The notes beneath the pieces were generated by a model that searched no databases, was not told the origin of the DNA, and was given only the letters and a program-made list of their open reading frames with translations. A program made the position numbers and the translations under genes. 60,041 nt of DNA from NCBI GenBank assembly GCA_945903605.1, contig CAMDOH010000006.1, forward strand, positions 1 to 60,041. Direction: 5' to 3'. Shown in pieces: positions 29,937-39,750 of the stretch (within the stretch, counting starts at the first letter, position 1; each line of letters opens with the position of its first letter). The DNA comes from Akkermansia muciniphila (GTDB taxonomy: Bacteria; Verrucomicrobiota; Verrucomicrobiia; Limisphaerales; UBA1100).

Positions 29937-32900
29937 TCACTTGGTCGCCGCAGCGGCTGCAGGTGCCGCGATCACTTTGAGTGCCAGAGGCGTGGCGACC
30001 TTCAGATCTGTGCCATTCAGTTTGAGCGAGGCCTCAACAGTTCCCGTGAAATCACCCGCAGCCGATTTCGCATCGGCATTGATGACGATCGTTGCCTCAC
30101 TCAAATCTTTTGCGATCGTCACATTCGGAATGGTGACTCCCTTGGGATTACCCGCGACCGCGAGCGAAACGGTCACCGGCTCATTGAAGCCAAACAGCCG
30201 TTTGATGGAAACCTTGATCTCAATCTTCTCTCCGGCTTTGAGTGGCGCAGGCGCCGCAATGGGTGCCAGCTCGATCGGTGCTGGAACCACTTTGACAATG
30301 ATTGGCGCGGAATAAAAAGTGTGCGTGACATCCTTCGGCTTGCTGCGCTCGGTCATGAGCTTCGAAAAATCTGCCGCCACCTTTTTCTTGTCATCGGAGA
30401 GTTTGGACTCAGCCGCCGCATCATCAGATTTCTTTTTCCCTGCCGCTTGTAGGGTGACGGCCGCAGCGGCCGCCGTTGTGGCGGTCGCCAGTTGAGTCTG
30501 TGCAGTCTTTTGTTTGACGTTGATCGCATTGTCCAAAGCCGCTTTTGCCGCAGTGACGACGGCTCGTTTGGCCTCGACATCTTTGGCAGCCAGATCTTTT
30601 TCAGCAGCGGGCTTCGTCGCATCGGCCTGCAGCGCTTTCAGTTTCACCTCGGCGTCTTTGAATGCCTTGTCGGCGGCATCGAACGCGGCCTGCGCCTTCG
30701 GCACTTCGGCATTGACCGCGGCGAGCGCAGTTTCAGCGGCCTGCTTGGCCGTGTTCGCATCAGTCAAAGATTTGCTGGCGACGACAAACGCATCCGTGGC
30801 CACCTTGAGTGTGGCGATGCGTTCAATCGCAATTTTATCGGCGTCTTTTGAAGTGGTCTCGGCCGCCTTGGCTTGTGCTTCGGGCACGCGACGGTATTTT
30901 CCTTTTACCTGAGTGCGCAGATACAGGGCGTGCGTGCCCGGCGGCAACTTGCCTGTTGTGAGATTCAATTCCAGCGTGCCGTCGTTTTTGCTGGCGGCGA
31001 CATCGACTTCCTTGATCGTCGCCACAGCGGGATGCCCGAATAGTTTGAGTTTCTTGGCGATCTCAAAGCCATCATGGTTTTGAACCTTGAGCGGAATGTT
31101 CAAGATGCCAGCCACAGACGTTTCCCAAACTTTGGATTCAACCGGCGCGATCTCCAGTGGGATTTTTTCCTTGCCGTTGACCGAAAGGACAAATGCGCTC
31201 GTCAACCGCACGCGCACAATCGGTAGCTGCGCAGTCGCGTCGTACGAGGAGGCTGACACTGCGGCAGATCGCGCCTCGCGCGCCACTTCTGCCCCGTTGA
31301 TTTGTGCGCGGCCGGTGATGGTCACAGGCCCGCTCCATTCAGCGGCTTGAGCTCCGGCATTGAGCAAAACGATGGTGGATTGCGTGCCTGCTGAAATAAT
31401 GGCCGAGCTGGCGATCACTCCGGCCGGCAATCCGGTAAGCGTCACTTGGATGTCGCCGTCAAACCCATCGCGACGATAGGCAACTACTTTGACGGGCAAC
31501 GATTCTCCCTGACGGATTGTCGCCGAAGAAAGAGTCACCTCGCGCGAATTGGCAGCGATGGCCAGCGGCGGCAAAACCATCGCCGCGATGCGGAAATCCG
31601 GCGCGGCTTTGCGGATGGACAGCCTGTAGACATTGCCCGGTTTTGAAGCGGCGGTATTGAAGAGGTCGTACATCATCACGCGATACACGCCGTCTTCCTT
31701 CACATCAAAGCGGAATTCGCCATCGGCGCTGGCTGCATTAAAATCCGCACCCGTGTTTCGCGTTTCAGAACCGGAGACATCTTTCACTTCGCTGATAAGC
31801 TCCTCGCCTTTCTCGTTTTTCTTCACGCGCTGGATGAGGAAAAACGGACTGGAATGACTGCCCAACCGCTCGGAATAAATCTCCAGCCACAAAGCTTCAC
31901 CGGCCTTCGCATCAAATGTGATCCAATCGCGGTCGGCGCGCGGATGAAACTGGCCGGCAAATTCGCAAGGGACAGTCACTTTTTGCGCCAGCGCAGGTTT
32001 GTCATTCGGCGTCGCAATCTCAGCCACCACCGGTGCGGCGGCGAACCCGATGCGAATGGGATTGGACGCACCGTTCGCGCTGCTCAATCGGTACTCGATC
32101 GCGTCCAGTCCAGCCTCACGCGGAGTGACCGGCTGCGACGACGCCAGCAACTGCGCCTGTTTCGGATCTGCTGGCAGCGCGATATCCACCACCAGTTTTT
32201 CAAGCGGCTTGCCGTCGATGAGCATGTCCGGCGCGGGTGCGCCTCCGGGCAAGTTGCGGCCGTATAATGTGAATTTGCCGGTCGTGCCCGGCTGGCCAAC
32301 GGGTGGCAAGATGTACTCAATGCGCGGACGTGATGAAATGGAAACACGGCAGAGCTGATCTGCGCCGCCACGCCAAACGAAATCGTGAACGCCGAACAGG
32401 TACGTGCCGTCCGCCGGGGCGCGGAAATCGATCAGATGTCCGGTCCGGTCGCGTTCCAACTCGCGTCCTTTGGCATCAAACAAAACTAAAACCGGCTGGA
32501 GTGGCGAATCAATTCCCAACGCATCGGCCTCGATGAGAACTCGCTGACCTTGCTTCACATTGAATTTGAAATAGGCGATCTCACGTGCCGAAACCTGCGC
32601 GTTCACCGCGCTGCCAACGGGGACTTCAAATGCCGCGAGCCCCGTTCGGTTCGTCGCCGGACTGATGATCTCCGGCAGATCTCCCACTGAAAAAGTGCGC
32701 ACGTTGGAAAGTCCGTACTGGCCACCGCCTGCGCGCATGTCGTGGATGCCCAGCGGCGCGTTGGCAGCGATCGTCACAACAAATTTGTTTGCCTCGGGCT
32801 TGCCAGCAGCGTCGAGCTTCGGCTTCGCCACAATGCTCGGATGAGAAAAGAGAAGCTGACTGACATCATCCAAATCCGTTCCGGCGATGGTGACTTCCAC

Positions 32901-33056
32901 AGCCGTTCCCTGCTTGGCTCCCGGCGGGAAAACAGAAGTCAGTCGCGCCGCGGGCAGTTCCGCGCTGGCCGCACCGGCCCATATCAGGCCCAACACGGTG
33001 AGTGTCCGCACAACAGCGGTCTTCGCTCGCGATCTACGGTCGGTTCGTTGGCTCAT
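29937..33056 (-). CDS. Secreted PPC (pre-peptidase C-terminal-like) multidomain protein with coiled-coil insert
   Basis: GAGG RBS; signal ending AASA; SVFPPGAKQGT, DWITFDAKAGE, PDFRIAA; Ala/Lys helical segment near the C-terminus. Confidence 0.78.
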   Translation of the reverse strand: MSQRTDRRSRAKTAVVRTLTVLGLIWAGAASAELPAARLTSVFPPGAKQGTAVEVTIAGTDLDDVSQLLFSHPSIVAKPKLDAAGKPEANKFVVTIAANAPLGIHDMRAGGGQYGLSNVRTFSVGDLPEIISPATNRTGLAAFEVPVGSAVNAQVSAREIAYFKFNVKQGQRVLIEADALGIDSPLQPVLVLFDAKGRELERDRTGHLIDFRAPADGTYLFGVHDFVWRGGADQLCRVSISSRPRIEYILPPVGQPGTTGKFTLYGRNLPGGAPAPDMLIDGKPLEKLVVDIALPADPKQAQLLASSQPVTPREAGLDAIEYRLSSANGASNPIRIGFAAAPVVAEIATPNDKPALAQKVTVPCEFAGQFHPRADRDWITFDAKAGEALWLEIYSERLGSHSSPFFLIQRVKKNEKGEELISEVKDVSGSETRNTGADFNAASADGEFRFDVKEDGVYRVMMYDLFNTAASKPGNVYRLSIRKAAPDFRIAAMVLPPLAIAANSREVTLSSATIRQGESLPVKVVAYRRDGFDGDIQVTLTGLPAGVIASSAIISAGTQSTIVLLNAGAQAAEWSGPVTITGRAQINGAEVAREARSAAVSASSYDATAQLPIVRVRLTSAFVLSVNGKEKIPLEIAPVESKVWETSVAGILNIPLKVQNHDGFEIAKKLKLFGHPAVATIKEVDVAASKNDGTLELNLTTGKLPPGTHALYLRTQVKGKYRRVPEAQAKAAETTSKDADKIAIERIATLKVATDAFVVASKSLTDANTAKQAAETALAAVNAEVPKAQAAFDAADKAFKDAEVKLKALQADATKPAAEKDLAAKDVEAKRAVVTAAKAALDNAINVKQKTAQTQLATATTAAAAAVTLQAAGKKKSDDAAAESKLSDDKKKVAADFSKLMTERSKPKDVTHTFYSAPIIVKVVPAPIELAPIAAPAPLKAGEKIEIKVSIKRLFGFNEPVTVSLAVAGNPKGVTIPNVTIAKDLSEATIVINADAKSAAGDFTGTVEASLKLNGTDLKVATPLALKVIAAPAAAAATK

Positions 33057-33105
33057 AATTTTCCTCATCGGTTCACTTTGGAGACGAAACGGGGCTGGCC
33101 CAGCT

Positions 33106-34500
33106 TCAGAATAATTCCGTAATCGGCGCTCCAAATGGGAGCACTGGGTGAGGACGCCCGGCGTGATCGGCATACTGCGCTGAAGTATCGATGCCCAGAT
33201 GACGATACATGGTCGCAAGCACTTCCTGCGGCTTCACCGGCCGGTCGGATGGCTCGGCGCCCAATGCGTCGGACGAACCAATGGCGCGGCCGCCTTTGAT
33301 ACCACCACCTGCCATGGCTGCGCTGAAGACGTTGGGATAATGATCGCGGCCGCCAGTGGAATTCACCTTTGGCGTGCGGCCAAATTCTCCCCATGCGATC
33401 ACCATGGTTGAATCCAGCATTCCGCGCTGGTGCAAATCTTCAATCAGCGCGCTGTACGCTTTGTCCCAACGCGGGAGAAAGCCATCGCGCATCGACTCGT
33501 AGCCTTTTACATGTGTGTCCCACCAACGCACGTCCACTGTCACGAGCCGGACGCCCGCTTCCACAAGTCGCCGCGCCAATAAAATTCGCTGGCTCCAGGC
33601 AGGCACTCCACAGCGATCGGGAGTCGGCGCTTCGTATCGCGGCATGAATCCATATCGCTCGCGCACGGCTCGTGGCTCTGCATCCAAATCGAAAGCCGAG
33701 CGCGCCTTGCTGCTTGTCAAAATATCAAACGCGCGCTCGTGAAAACGGTCGAACGTCTCCATTTGTTTGCTCGCATCGATGTCGCGACGAATATTGTCGA
33801 AGCTGCCCATCAACGATCGCCGCTCGACCATTCGATGCAGATCAATCCCATCGGCCAGCTTGAAATTAGGCACGTTGAACGGCCCGTCAATGGCTGGGTC
33901 GGCTTGTGTCTCGAACGGGCTGTACGCTTTGCCCAGATAGGCAGGCCCAGTGCCCGGAACTATTCTGGGGATCGCCACATACGCGGGCAACTGCGTGTTG
34001 AGATGTTGCAACTGGCGCGCGACGATGGAGCCACAGCTTGGACGTATGTTGCCCGCGCCCTCTGCCTCGCTCGGCGGCCCCGATGGATAGCCTGTGAAGA
34101 GAATCTGGTCACCTGTCGAATGGCCGGCATCGGTGTGGTGAAGGCTGCGGATGACGGAAAACTTGTCCATCACCTTCGCGCACATCGGCAACAGATCGCA
34201 AATCTGGATGCCCGGCGCTTTCGTTGGCATCGCAGAAAAGGCTCCGCGATATTCTGCCGGAGCAAACGGCTTTGGATCCCACGTCTCATGCTGGCTCGGC
34301 CCGCCGCGCATCCATAGGATGATGACCGATTTGTCGCGCGATACCTTTGCTGGATTTGCCGTCGCTTCCATCTGCAACAGCTTCGGAAGGGTCAGTCCAG
34401 CCAAACTCAGCGCGCCTGAGCGGACAAACCCGCGCCGATCCATCCGGAGAGCGCGATGGAAATCGTCGCAGCCGATCAATTCTTTTTTGCTGTTCGCCAC
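33106..34500 (-). CDS. DUF1501 domain protein
   Basis: GCDDF..DRRGFVR; GGPSQHETWDPKP, WDTH, GEFGRTP, GRDHY. Confidence 0.92.
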   Translation of the reverse strand: MANSKKELIGCDDFHRALRMDRRGFVRSGALSLAGLTLPKLLQMEATANPAKVSRDKSVIILWMRGGPSQHETWDPKPFAPAEYRGAFSAMPTKAPGIQICDLLPMCAKVMDKFSVIRSLHHTDAGHSTGDQILFTGYPSGPPSEAEGAGNIRPSCGSIVARQLQHLNTQLPAYVAIPRIVPGTGPAYLGKAYSPFETQADPAIDGPFNVPNFKLADGIDLHRMVERRSLMGSFDNIRRDIDASKQMETFDRFHERAFDILTSSKARSAFDLDAEPRAVRERYGFMPRYEAPTPDRCGVPAWSQRILLARRLVEAGVRLVTVDVRWWDTHVKGYESMRDGFLPRWDKAYSALIEDLHQRGMLDSTMVIAWGEFGRTPKVNSTGGRDHYPNVFSAAMAGGGIKGGRAIGSSDALGAEPSDRPVKPQEVLATMYRHLGIDTSAQYADHAGRPHPVLPFGAPITELF

Positions 34501-34510
34501 GAGAATTTTC

Positions 34511-37009
34511 TTAGTGATTGAACAAAAATTCTTTTGTGTTGAATAGCGCCCAGATCACGTCCTCGAAGGCTTCCTGCTTGGCGGCCGCGGCGGCTGCGTC
34601 TTTTTTATCGGCTGTCTTTTTCTTGATGTGTTCGGTGGCGAGCGTCACTTCGCTGGTACCGGGCTCGCGCGAGAACGCCATGAGATACAACTCGCGAACG
34701 CGCTCTTCATCGGGTCGCGTGTCCTTGGCCAGTCGCGCAGCCGTGCCGGTCGATGCGGCAAGTTTCGTCTGGATGTCGCGCGAGTTGAGCAGATGGAGGC
34801 TCTGCGCAAGGCTGGCATCCGATGAACGCTCGCATTCGCAGGAACTGGAGGAATCGGGCCGGCCGAACACGGTGAGGAAGTAGCTGGACGCGTTATAGCT
34901 GTTATCGGGCAACTGCACGGCGCGCGTTCCCGCTGGCAGACTATCGAATGCGCTTTGCGAGCCCGTGATGCGATCAACAGAATCAAACAACACTTCGGCC
35001 GTGAGGCGCTTGGGATAATAGCGGGCGAAGTAGTGGCGGTCGCGCGCGTTGTGTTCGTTGGGCACTGCGCTGAGCTGGTACGTCGTGGATGTGCAAATGG
35101 CGCGAATCAGCCCCTTCATGTCAAAACCCGTCTTGATGAAGTTCTGCGCCAGACTATCCAGCAGCTCGGGATTGATGGCCGGGTTGGTTTCACGCATGTC
35201 GTCTTCCGGCTCCACAAGGCCGCGGTTCATGAAATGTTTCCAGTAACGGTTCACGAGCGTGTGCGCAAAAAACCGGTTCGAGGGTTGCGCCATCCAATCG
35301 GCCAACGCCTGTCGCGGGTCATCATCAGCGCTGAGATCGTCCAGCGGTTTCTCTCCGAGTCCCGCTGGGGCAACGGACTGATTGTTTTTCTTGTTCGTCG
35401 TGCGAGCTACGCCGCGACGATGGAAAACAACTTCCTCGCCGGGCATCGCGCCGGGCTTGCGGGCCACTTGCGAGAAAAACGCGGTGAAGCTGTAGTAATC
35501 CTGCTGACTCCATTTTTCGTACGGATGATGGTGGCACTGGGCGCATTGCAAACGCGTGCCGAGGAAGAGTTGCGCTGTGTCCTCCATCTGCGTCTGCGCT
35601 GTTTTCGCCTGACGATACCACGCCACTGCCGGGTTCTGCGTCATGTCGCCGGATGCCGCCAAAATCTCGCGTGCGAATTGGTCGTACGGTTTGTTCGCCG
35701 CGAAGCTGTCGCGAATCCAGCCGTGGAACGCGAAGGTGCCGCGTGTGTGATTGACGTTTTCGCGCTTGTTGCGGAGCAGCGCCGCCCATTTGTTGGCAAA
35801 GAAATCCGCGTAATCCGTGCTGGCCAGCAGTGTATCTACCCAGCGATCGCGCTTGGCGGGGTCTTTGCTCGCGAGAAATTCGCGGGATTCTTCACCCGTC
35901 GGCAATCGCCCAGCAATGTCCAGCGAAGTGCGCCGCAGAAATGTTGCGTCGTCACAAATATCCGAGGCGGGCATTCCGACGGACACCAGTTTTCGGAACA
36001 CAATTTCATCAATGAAATTGCGGGCGGCAGGCAGTTTTGCGACGGGCGCACCGAGCGGAACCGTGGCCTGAAACACGCCGACTTTCGCCTGATAACGAAC
36101 CATCACAGCCACGTCGCCGGGCTGGTCAAATAGCTTTAGTTTTCCGTCAGCCTGCGCTTCGCCGACTTCTTTGTCGTTCGCTTCGTAAACGGCCGCGTGC
36201 GTCACATCCTGCCGGCTACCGTCGGAGTACACCGCCGTCACCGTCAACTGCTGCTCTTTTCCCATCGCCAGCGTGCGCGATTTGGGGAACACCTCGATGC
36301 TCGCAATTTTCGGGTCTGTTTCATTGCCGAGCGGGGCGCCCAATCCAATCCAGCGCACGAGCAGTTTGTAATCGTACGAACCCGGCTCCACTCGTTTGCC
36401 GCCGCCGTGCGGAATGATGGAGGCGGCTTTTTGCACGAGCAAGCTCTGCTCGGGTGCGGCAGGGCTCAACCGGCGTCCGCGCGATTCCTTGACGAGATAT
36501 TCGTAGTCTTCCTGCGGCTCGAAGCCGAGCAGCGAGAGGCGGAATCCGTTTTGGCCGCCCGATTTTCCGTGGCATCCGCCGCTGTTGCAGCCGGCCTTGG
36601 TGAAGATGGGGACGATTTGATTTGCGAAATTGATGGGCAGATGTTCCTTCGCCTTCTCAACTTGAATGCTGAGCGCTGACTGCAATCCCTCTTTGCTCTT
36701 GGCGGTGATGGTCGCCGTGCCATCGGCCAGCGGCGTGACCAATCCCTGCGCATCCACTTGCACGATGCCAGCGGGCGCCGATGTGTAGCTGACTTCGCGG
36801 GCGTAATCACGCAGCGAGCCGCCCGCAAATTTTGCGGTGGCCACAAGTTGCTGGCGACTGTCCGCGCCAATCATCTTGATCGCTTTTCCGTCTTGGCCTG
36901 CCTGCGCCTGCAATTGCAGTTCGACGGGCTTGCCCAAATCCGCCGGAGCGGCCTGCAATGCGACTGCGGATACAAGGGCCATCCATATCGCGAGTGTTTG
37001 GTTCTTCAT
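34511..37009 (-). CDS. Secreted Ig-like + DUF1549/DUF1553 (PSCyt2/PSD1) protein with c-type heme motif
   Basis: Signal peptide; two Ig-like modules; CNSGGCHG, FLRRTSLD, CAQCHHHP, VNRYW, FGRP..CECER, EFLFNH. Confidence 0.9.
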   Translation of the reverse strand: MKNQTLAIWMALVSAVALQAAPADLGKPVELQLQAQAGQDGKAIKMIGADSRQQLVATAKFAGGSLRDYAREVSYTSAPAGIVQVDAQGLVTPLADGTATITAKSKEGLQSALSIQVEKAKEHLPINFANQIVPIFTKAGCNSGGCHGKSGGQNGFRLSLLGFEPQEDYEYLVKESRGRRLSPAAPEQSLLVQKAASIIPHGGGKRVEPGSYDYKLLVRWIGLGAPLGNETDPKIASIEVFPKSRTLAMGKEQQLTVTAVYSDGSRQDVTHAAVYEANDKEVGEAQADGKLKLFDQPGDVAVMVRYQAKVGVFQATVPLGAPVAKLPAARNFIDEIVFRKLVSVGMPASDICDDATFLRRTSLDIAGRLPTGEESREFLASKDPAKRDRWVDTLLASTDYADFFANKWAALLRNKRENVNHTRGTFAFHGWIRDSFAANKPYDQFAREILAASGDMTQNPAVAWYRQAKTAQTQMEDTAQLFLGTRLQCAQCHHHPYEKWSQQDYYSFTAFFSQVARKPGAMPGEEVVFHRRGVARTTNKKNNQSVAPAGLGEKPLDDLSADDDPRQALADWMAQPSNRFFAHTLVNRYWKHFMNRGLVEPEDDMRETNPAINPELLDSLAQNFIKTGFDMKGLIRAICTSTTYQLSAVPNEHNARDRHYFARYYPKRLTAEVLFDSVDRITGSQSAFDSLPAGTRAVQLPDNSYNASSYFLTVFGRPDSSSSCECERSSDASLAQSLHLLNSRDIQTKLAASTGTAARLAKDTRPDEERVRELYLMAFSREPGTSEVTLATEHIKKKTADKKDAAAAAAKQEAFEDVIWALFNTKEFLFNH

Positions 37010-37022
37010 AATGGTTCTGTTG

Positions 37023-38318
37023 CTAAATGAGTTCTTTGATGGGTTGCATTCCTTGGTCGACCAAGAATTGCGGGCGGCCGGAGAGATCGGTGATGGTTGT
37101 CTCGTTTGCATCGATGCCGATGTTGCGATACATCGTGGCGAAGATTTCCTGAATGTGAACTGGGCGGTCGCTTGCATCGCCGCCTTCGCGGTCGGTAGCG
37201 CCGATGATCTGACCGGTCTTCATGCCGCCGCCAGCCAGCAATGTTCCCATCACGCGCGGCCAATGGTCGCGGCCGGGATTGGCGTTGGAATTCACGCGCG
37301 GCGTGCGACCGAACTCGCCCCAAACCACGACGGTCACGTCGTTGAGCATGCCTCGGTCCGCCAAGTCGCCCACCAACGCGCTCAGCCCGATGTCCAACTG
37401 TGGCAATTGGTTTTTCAAATGGGTAAAATTGTTTTCATGCGTATCCCAACCGCCCCAACTAAGGGTGACAAAGCGCGCGCCAGCCTCCACCAATCTCCGC
37501 GCTGTGCAAAATGATTGCACTTGGTCTCCCGGCGTCTTGTATCGCTCGAGCACCTTGGGATCTTCCTTTTTCAGATCCAACGCATCGACCAATCGGGTGG
37601 ATGTGATGACGCCAAATGCCTGCTGATTGAACGCGTCGAATCCCTCCATCTTGCGTGAGGTGTCGGCGTCGCGCCGCATCCGATCCAAGCTCACGAGCAG
37701 TCCCTTGCGATCTTCCAGACGGTCTGCATTGATGCCGTTGAGCGTCAAATCCGTGCGGCCTTCGCCACCGGGGGCAAATGCCTTGTAAGGCGTGCTCAGA
37801 AATCCTGGCCCAACGGCGTGGCCGTTGAGATCCATATACGCAGGCGCTCCATTATTGCCTGTACCCTGCAATTTGCTCATCACCGAACCGATGCTGGGCC
37901 AGCCTCCCGATGGCATCGGGCGCAGGCGCGAGCGTCCCGTCATGCAGTCAAATGGTTCATGAACTTCCGTTTGTCCGATGGTAGATCGAACGGCCACGAA
38001 TTTATCGAACATGCGCGCCACTCGCGGGAAATGTTCGCAAATGCGAATGCCGGGCACGTTGGTATCGATGGCAGAAAAGTCACCGCGATATTCTTTGGGC
38101 GCTTGTTCTTTGATATCCCACATGTCTGTGTGGGATGGGCCGCCCGGCAGATAAACCATGATGATGGCTTTCTGCCGTTGGGCTGAACCCGCCGCCGATT
38201 CGGCGCGCAATAATTGCGGCAGAGCGAGGCCGCCCATCGCCAAGCCGCCCACTTGAAGGAAATTGCGCCGCGACAACCCGTCGCAAAACCGCGATCTCTT
38301 GCCGTATATTCTCAGCAT
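37023..38318 (-). CDS. DUF1501 domain protein
   Basis: CDGLSRRNFLQ; GGPSHTDMWD, WDTH, GEFGRTP, GRDHW. Confidence 0.93.
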   Translation of the reverse strand: MLRIYGKRSRFCDGLSRRNFLQVGGLAMGGLALPQLLRAESAAGSAQRQKAIIMVYLPGGPSHTDMWDIKEQAPKEYRGDFSAIDTNVPGIRICEHFPRVARMFDKFVAVRSTIGQTEVHEPFDCMTGRSRLRPMPSGGWPSIGSVMSKLQGTGNNGAPAYMDLNGHAVGPGFLSTPYKAFAPGGEGRTDLTLNGINADRLEDRKGLLVSLDRMRRDADTSRKMEGFDAFNQQAFGVITSTRLVDALDLKKEDPKVLERYKTPGDQVQSFCTARRLVEAGARFVTLSWGGWDTHENNFTHLKNQLPQLDIGLSALVGDLADRGMLNDVTVVVWGEFGRTPRVNSNANPGRDHWPRVMGTLLAGGGMKTGQIIGATDREGGDASDRPVHIQEIFATMYRNIGIDANETTITDLSGRPQFLVDQGMQPIKELI

Positions 38319-38342
38319 AGTCGTTGTTCTATTAAACGACGC

Positions 38343-38369
38343 TGGCCGACGAAAGCTCTCCGTCGGCCA
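38343..38369. other. Intergenic 9-bp stem-loop between tandem DUF1501 genes (mRNA stabiliser or weak terminator)
   Basis: TGGCCGACG-AAAGCTCTC-CGTCGGCCA; no strong U-tract. Confidence 0.5.
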
Positions 38370-38389
38370 CGCGTGTTGTTTTCCGCCAA

Positions 38390-39685
38390 CTAAATCAACT
38401 CGCGGATCGGTCCGTAACCGTGACTGACCAGGTGCTGCGGCCGCCCCGACAAGTCCTGAACGGTCGTCTTATTCGCGTCGATCCCCACGTTGTTATAGAG
38501 CGTGGCGAACACTTCAGCGATGTGAACAGGCCGGCTGGCCGGCTCGCCGCCCACGCGATCGGTTTCGCCGATTGCCTGACCGGTCTTCATGCCGCCGCCC
38601 GCAATCAATGCGCCCATGACTCGCGACCAGTGATCGCGTCCGGAATTCATGTTGACGCGCGGTGTGCGGCCAAATTCGCCCCACACAACGACCGTCACAT
38701 CTTTTTCCATGCCGCGCTCGTGCAAATCCTGAACGATGGCCGAAACGCCTCTGTCCAATTCTGGCAATTGGTTTGAGAGCGTGCGGAAGTTGTTGCTGTG
38801 CGAATCCCAGCCGCCGAAGTTCAGCGTGACGAAGCGCGCGCCGGCCTCTACAAGCCTGCGGGCGACCAAGAAGTCTGTCAGTCGACGGCCTTTGCCGGCT
38901 TCGTAGCGCTTGGCGGATTGTGTGGGTTCTTTAGACGATTCCAGCGCCTTGAGCATCTTGCTGGACGTGATCACATCGAACGCCTGATCATTGAATGCGT
39001 CGATGCCGGTCATTTTTCCGGAGCCGTCCACATCGCGACGGAAGGTGTCGAAGCTCGAAAGGAGCGATTTGCGATCGTCCAGACGATCCAGCGTGACGCC
39101 GTTAAGCGTCATGTCCGCCCGACCGCGGCCACTGGGTGAAAAGGCCGCATTCGCGCCGCCGAGGAAGCCGGGCATTCCTGCCGAGCTGCCAGATACGGCC
39201 ACATACGGAGGCGTACCGTAAAGTCCTTGTCCTTTCAATTTGGAGAGCGTCGAGCCGATGGACGGCCAACCTCCTGGAGGCTGCTGTTCGCGCTTGTTGC
39301 GGCCGGTCATGCAGCTGAATGAGCTGTGATCGTCGGCCTGACCCACGACCGTGCGGAGCGCCACAAATTTGTCGAAGTTGGCCGCGACATTCGGCAGATG
39401 CTCGCAGATGCGCACTCCGGGCACTTTCGTCGAGATGGCAGAAAAGTCGCCACGGAATTCCTTCGGCGCGTTTTCCTTGATGTCGTACATGTCGGTGTGC
39501 GACGGCCCGCCCGGCAGATAAATCATGATGATGGCCTTGTGGCCATTTCGAATGCCAGACTGGGATTCTGCTCGAAGCAGATCAGCCAGCCCCATACCGC
39601 CCATTCCGAGCGCGCCCACTTTGAGGAAGTTTCTCCGCGACACTCCGTCGCAGAACGACTGGTTTTTACCGAGGATTGTCAACAT
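38390..39685 (-). CDS. DUF1501 domain protein
   Basis: CDGVSRRNFLK; GGPSHTDMYD, WDSH, GEFGRTP, GRDHW. Confidence 0.93.
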   Translation of the reverse strand: MLTILGKNQSFCDGVSRRNFLKVGALGMGGMGLADLLRAESQSGIRNGHKAIIMIYLPGGPSHTDMYDIKENAPKEFRGDFSAISTKVPGVRICEHLPNVAANFDKFVALRTVVGQADDHSSFSCMTGRNKREQQPPGGWPSIGSTLSKLKGQGLYGTPPYVAVSGSSAGMPGFLGGANAAFSPSGRGRADMTLNGVTLDRLDDRKSLLSSFDTFRRDVDGSGKMTGIDAFNDQAFDVITSSKMLKALESSKEPTQSAKRYEAGKGRRLTDFLVARRLVEAGARFVTLNFGGWDSHSNNFRTLSNQLPELDRGVSAIVQDLHERGMEKDVTVVVWGEFGRTPRVNMNSGRDHWSRVMGALIAGGGMKTGQAIGETDRVGGEPASRPVHIAEVFATLYNNVGIDANKTTVQDLSGRPQHLVSHGYGPIRELI

Positions 39686-39750
39686 ACGTGGTTTTGGGTT
39701 GTCTGTTTTATTTCGGAACGACGGACGGTGCTTCCTGGTGATTCAGATGT

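Noticed and set aside
29937-33056. Serine protease call for the PPC-domain protein
   Set aside because: No recognisable subtilase or trypsin catalytic motifs.
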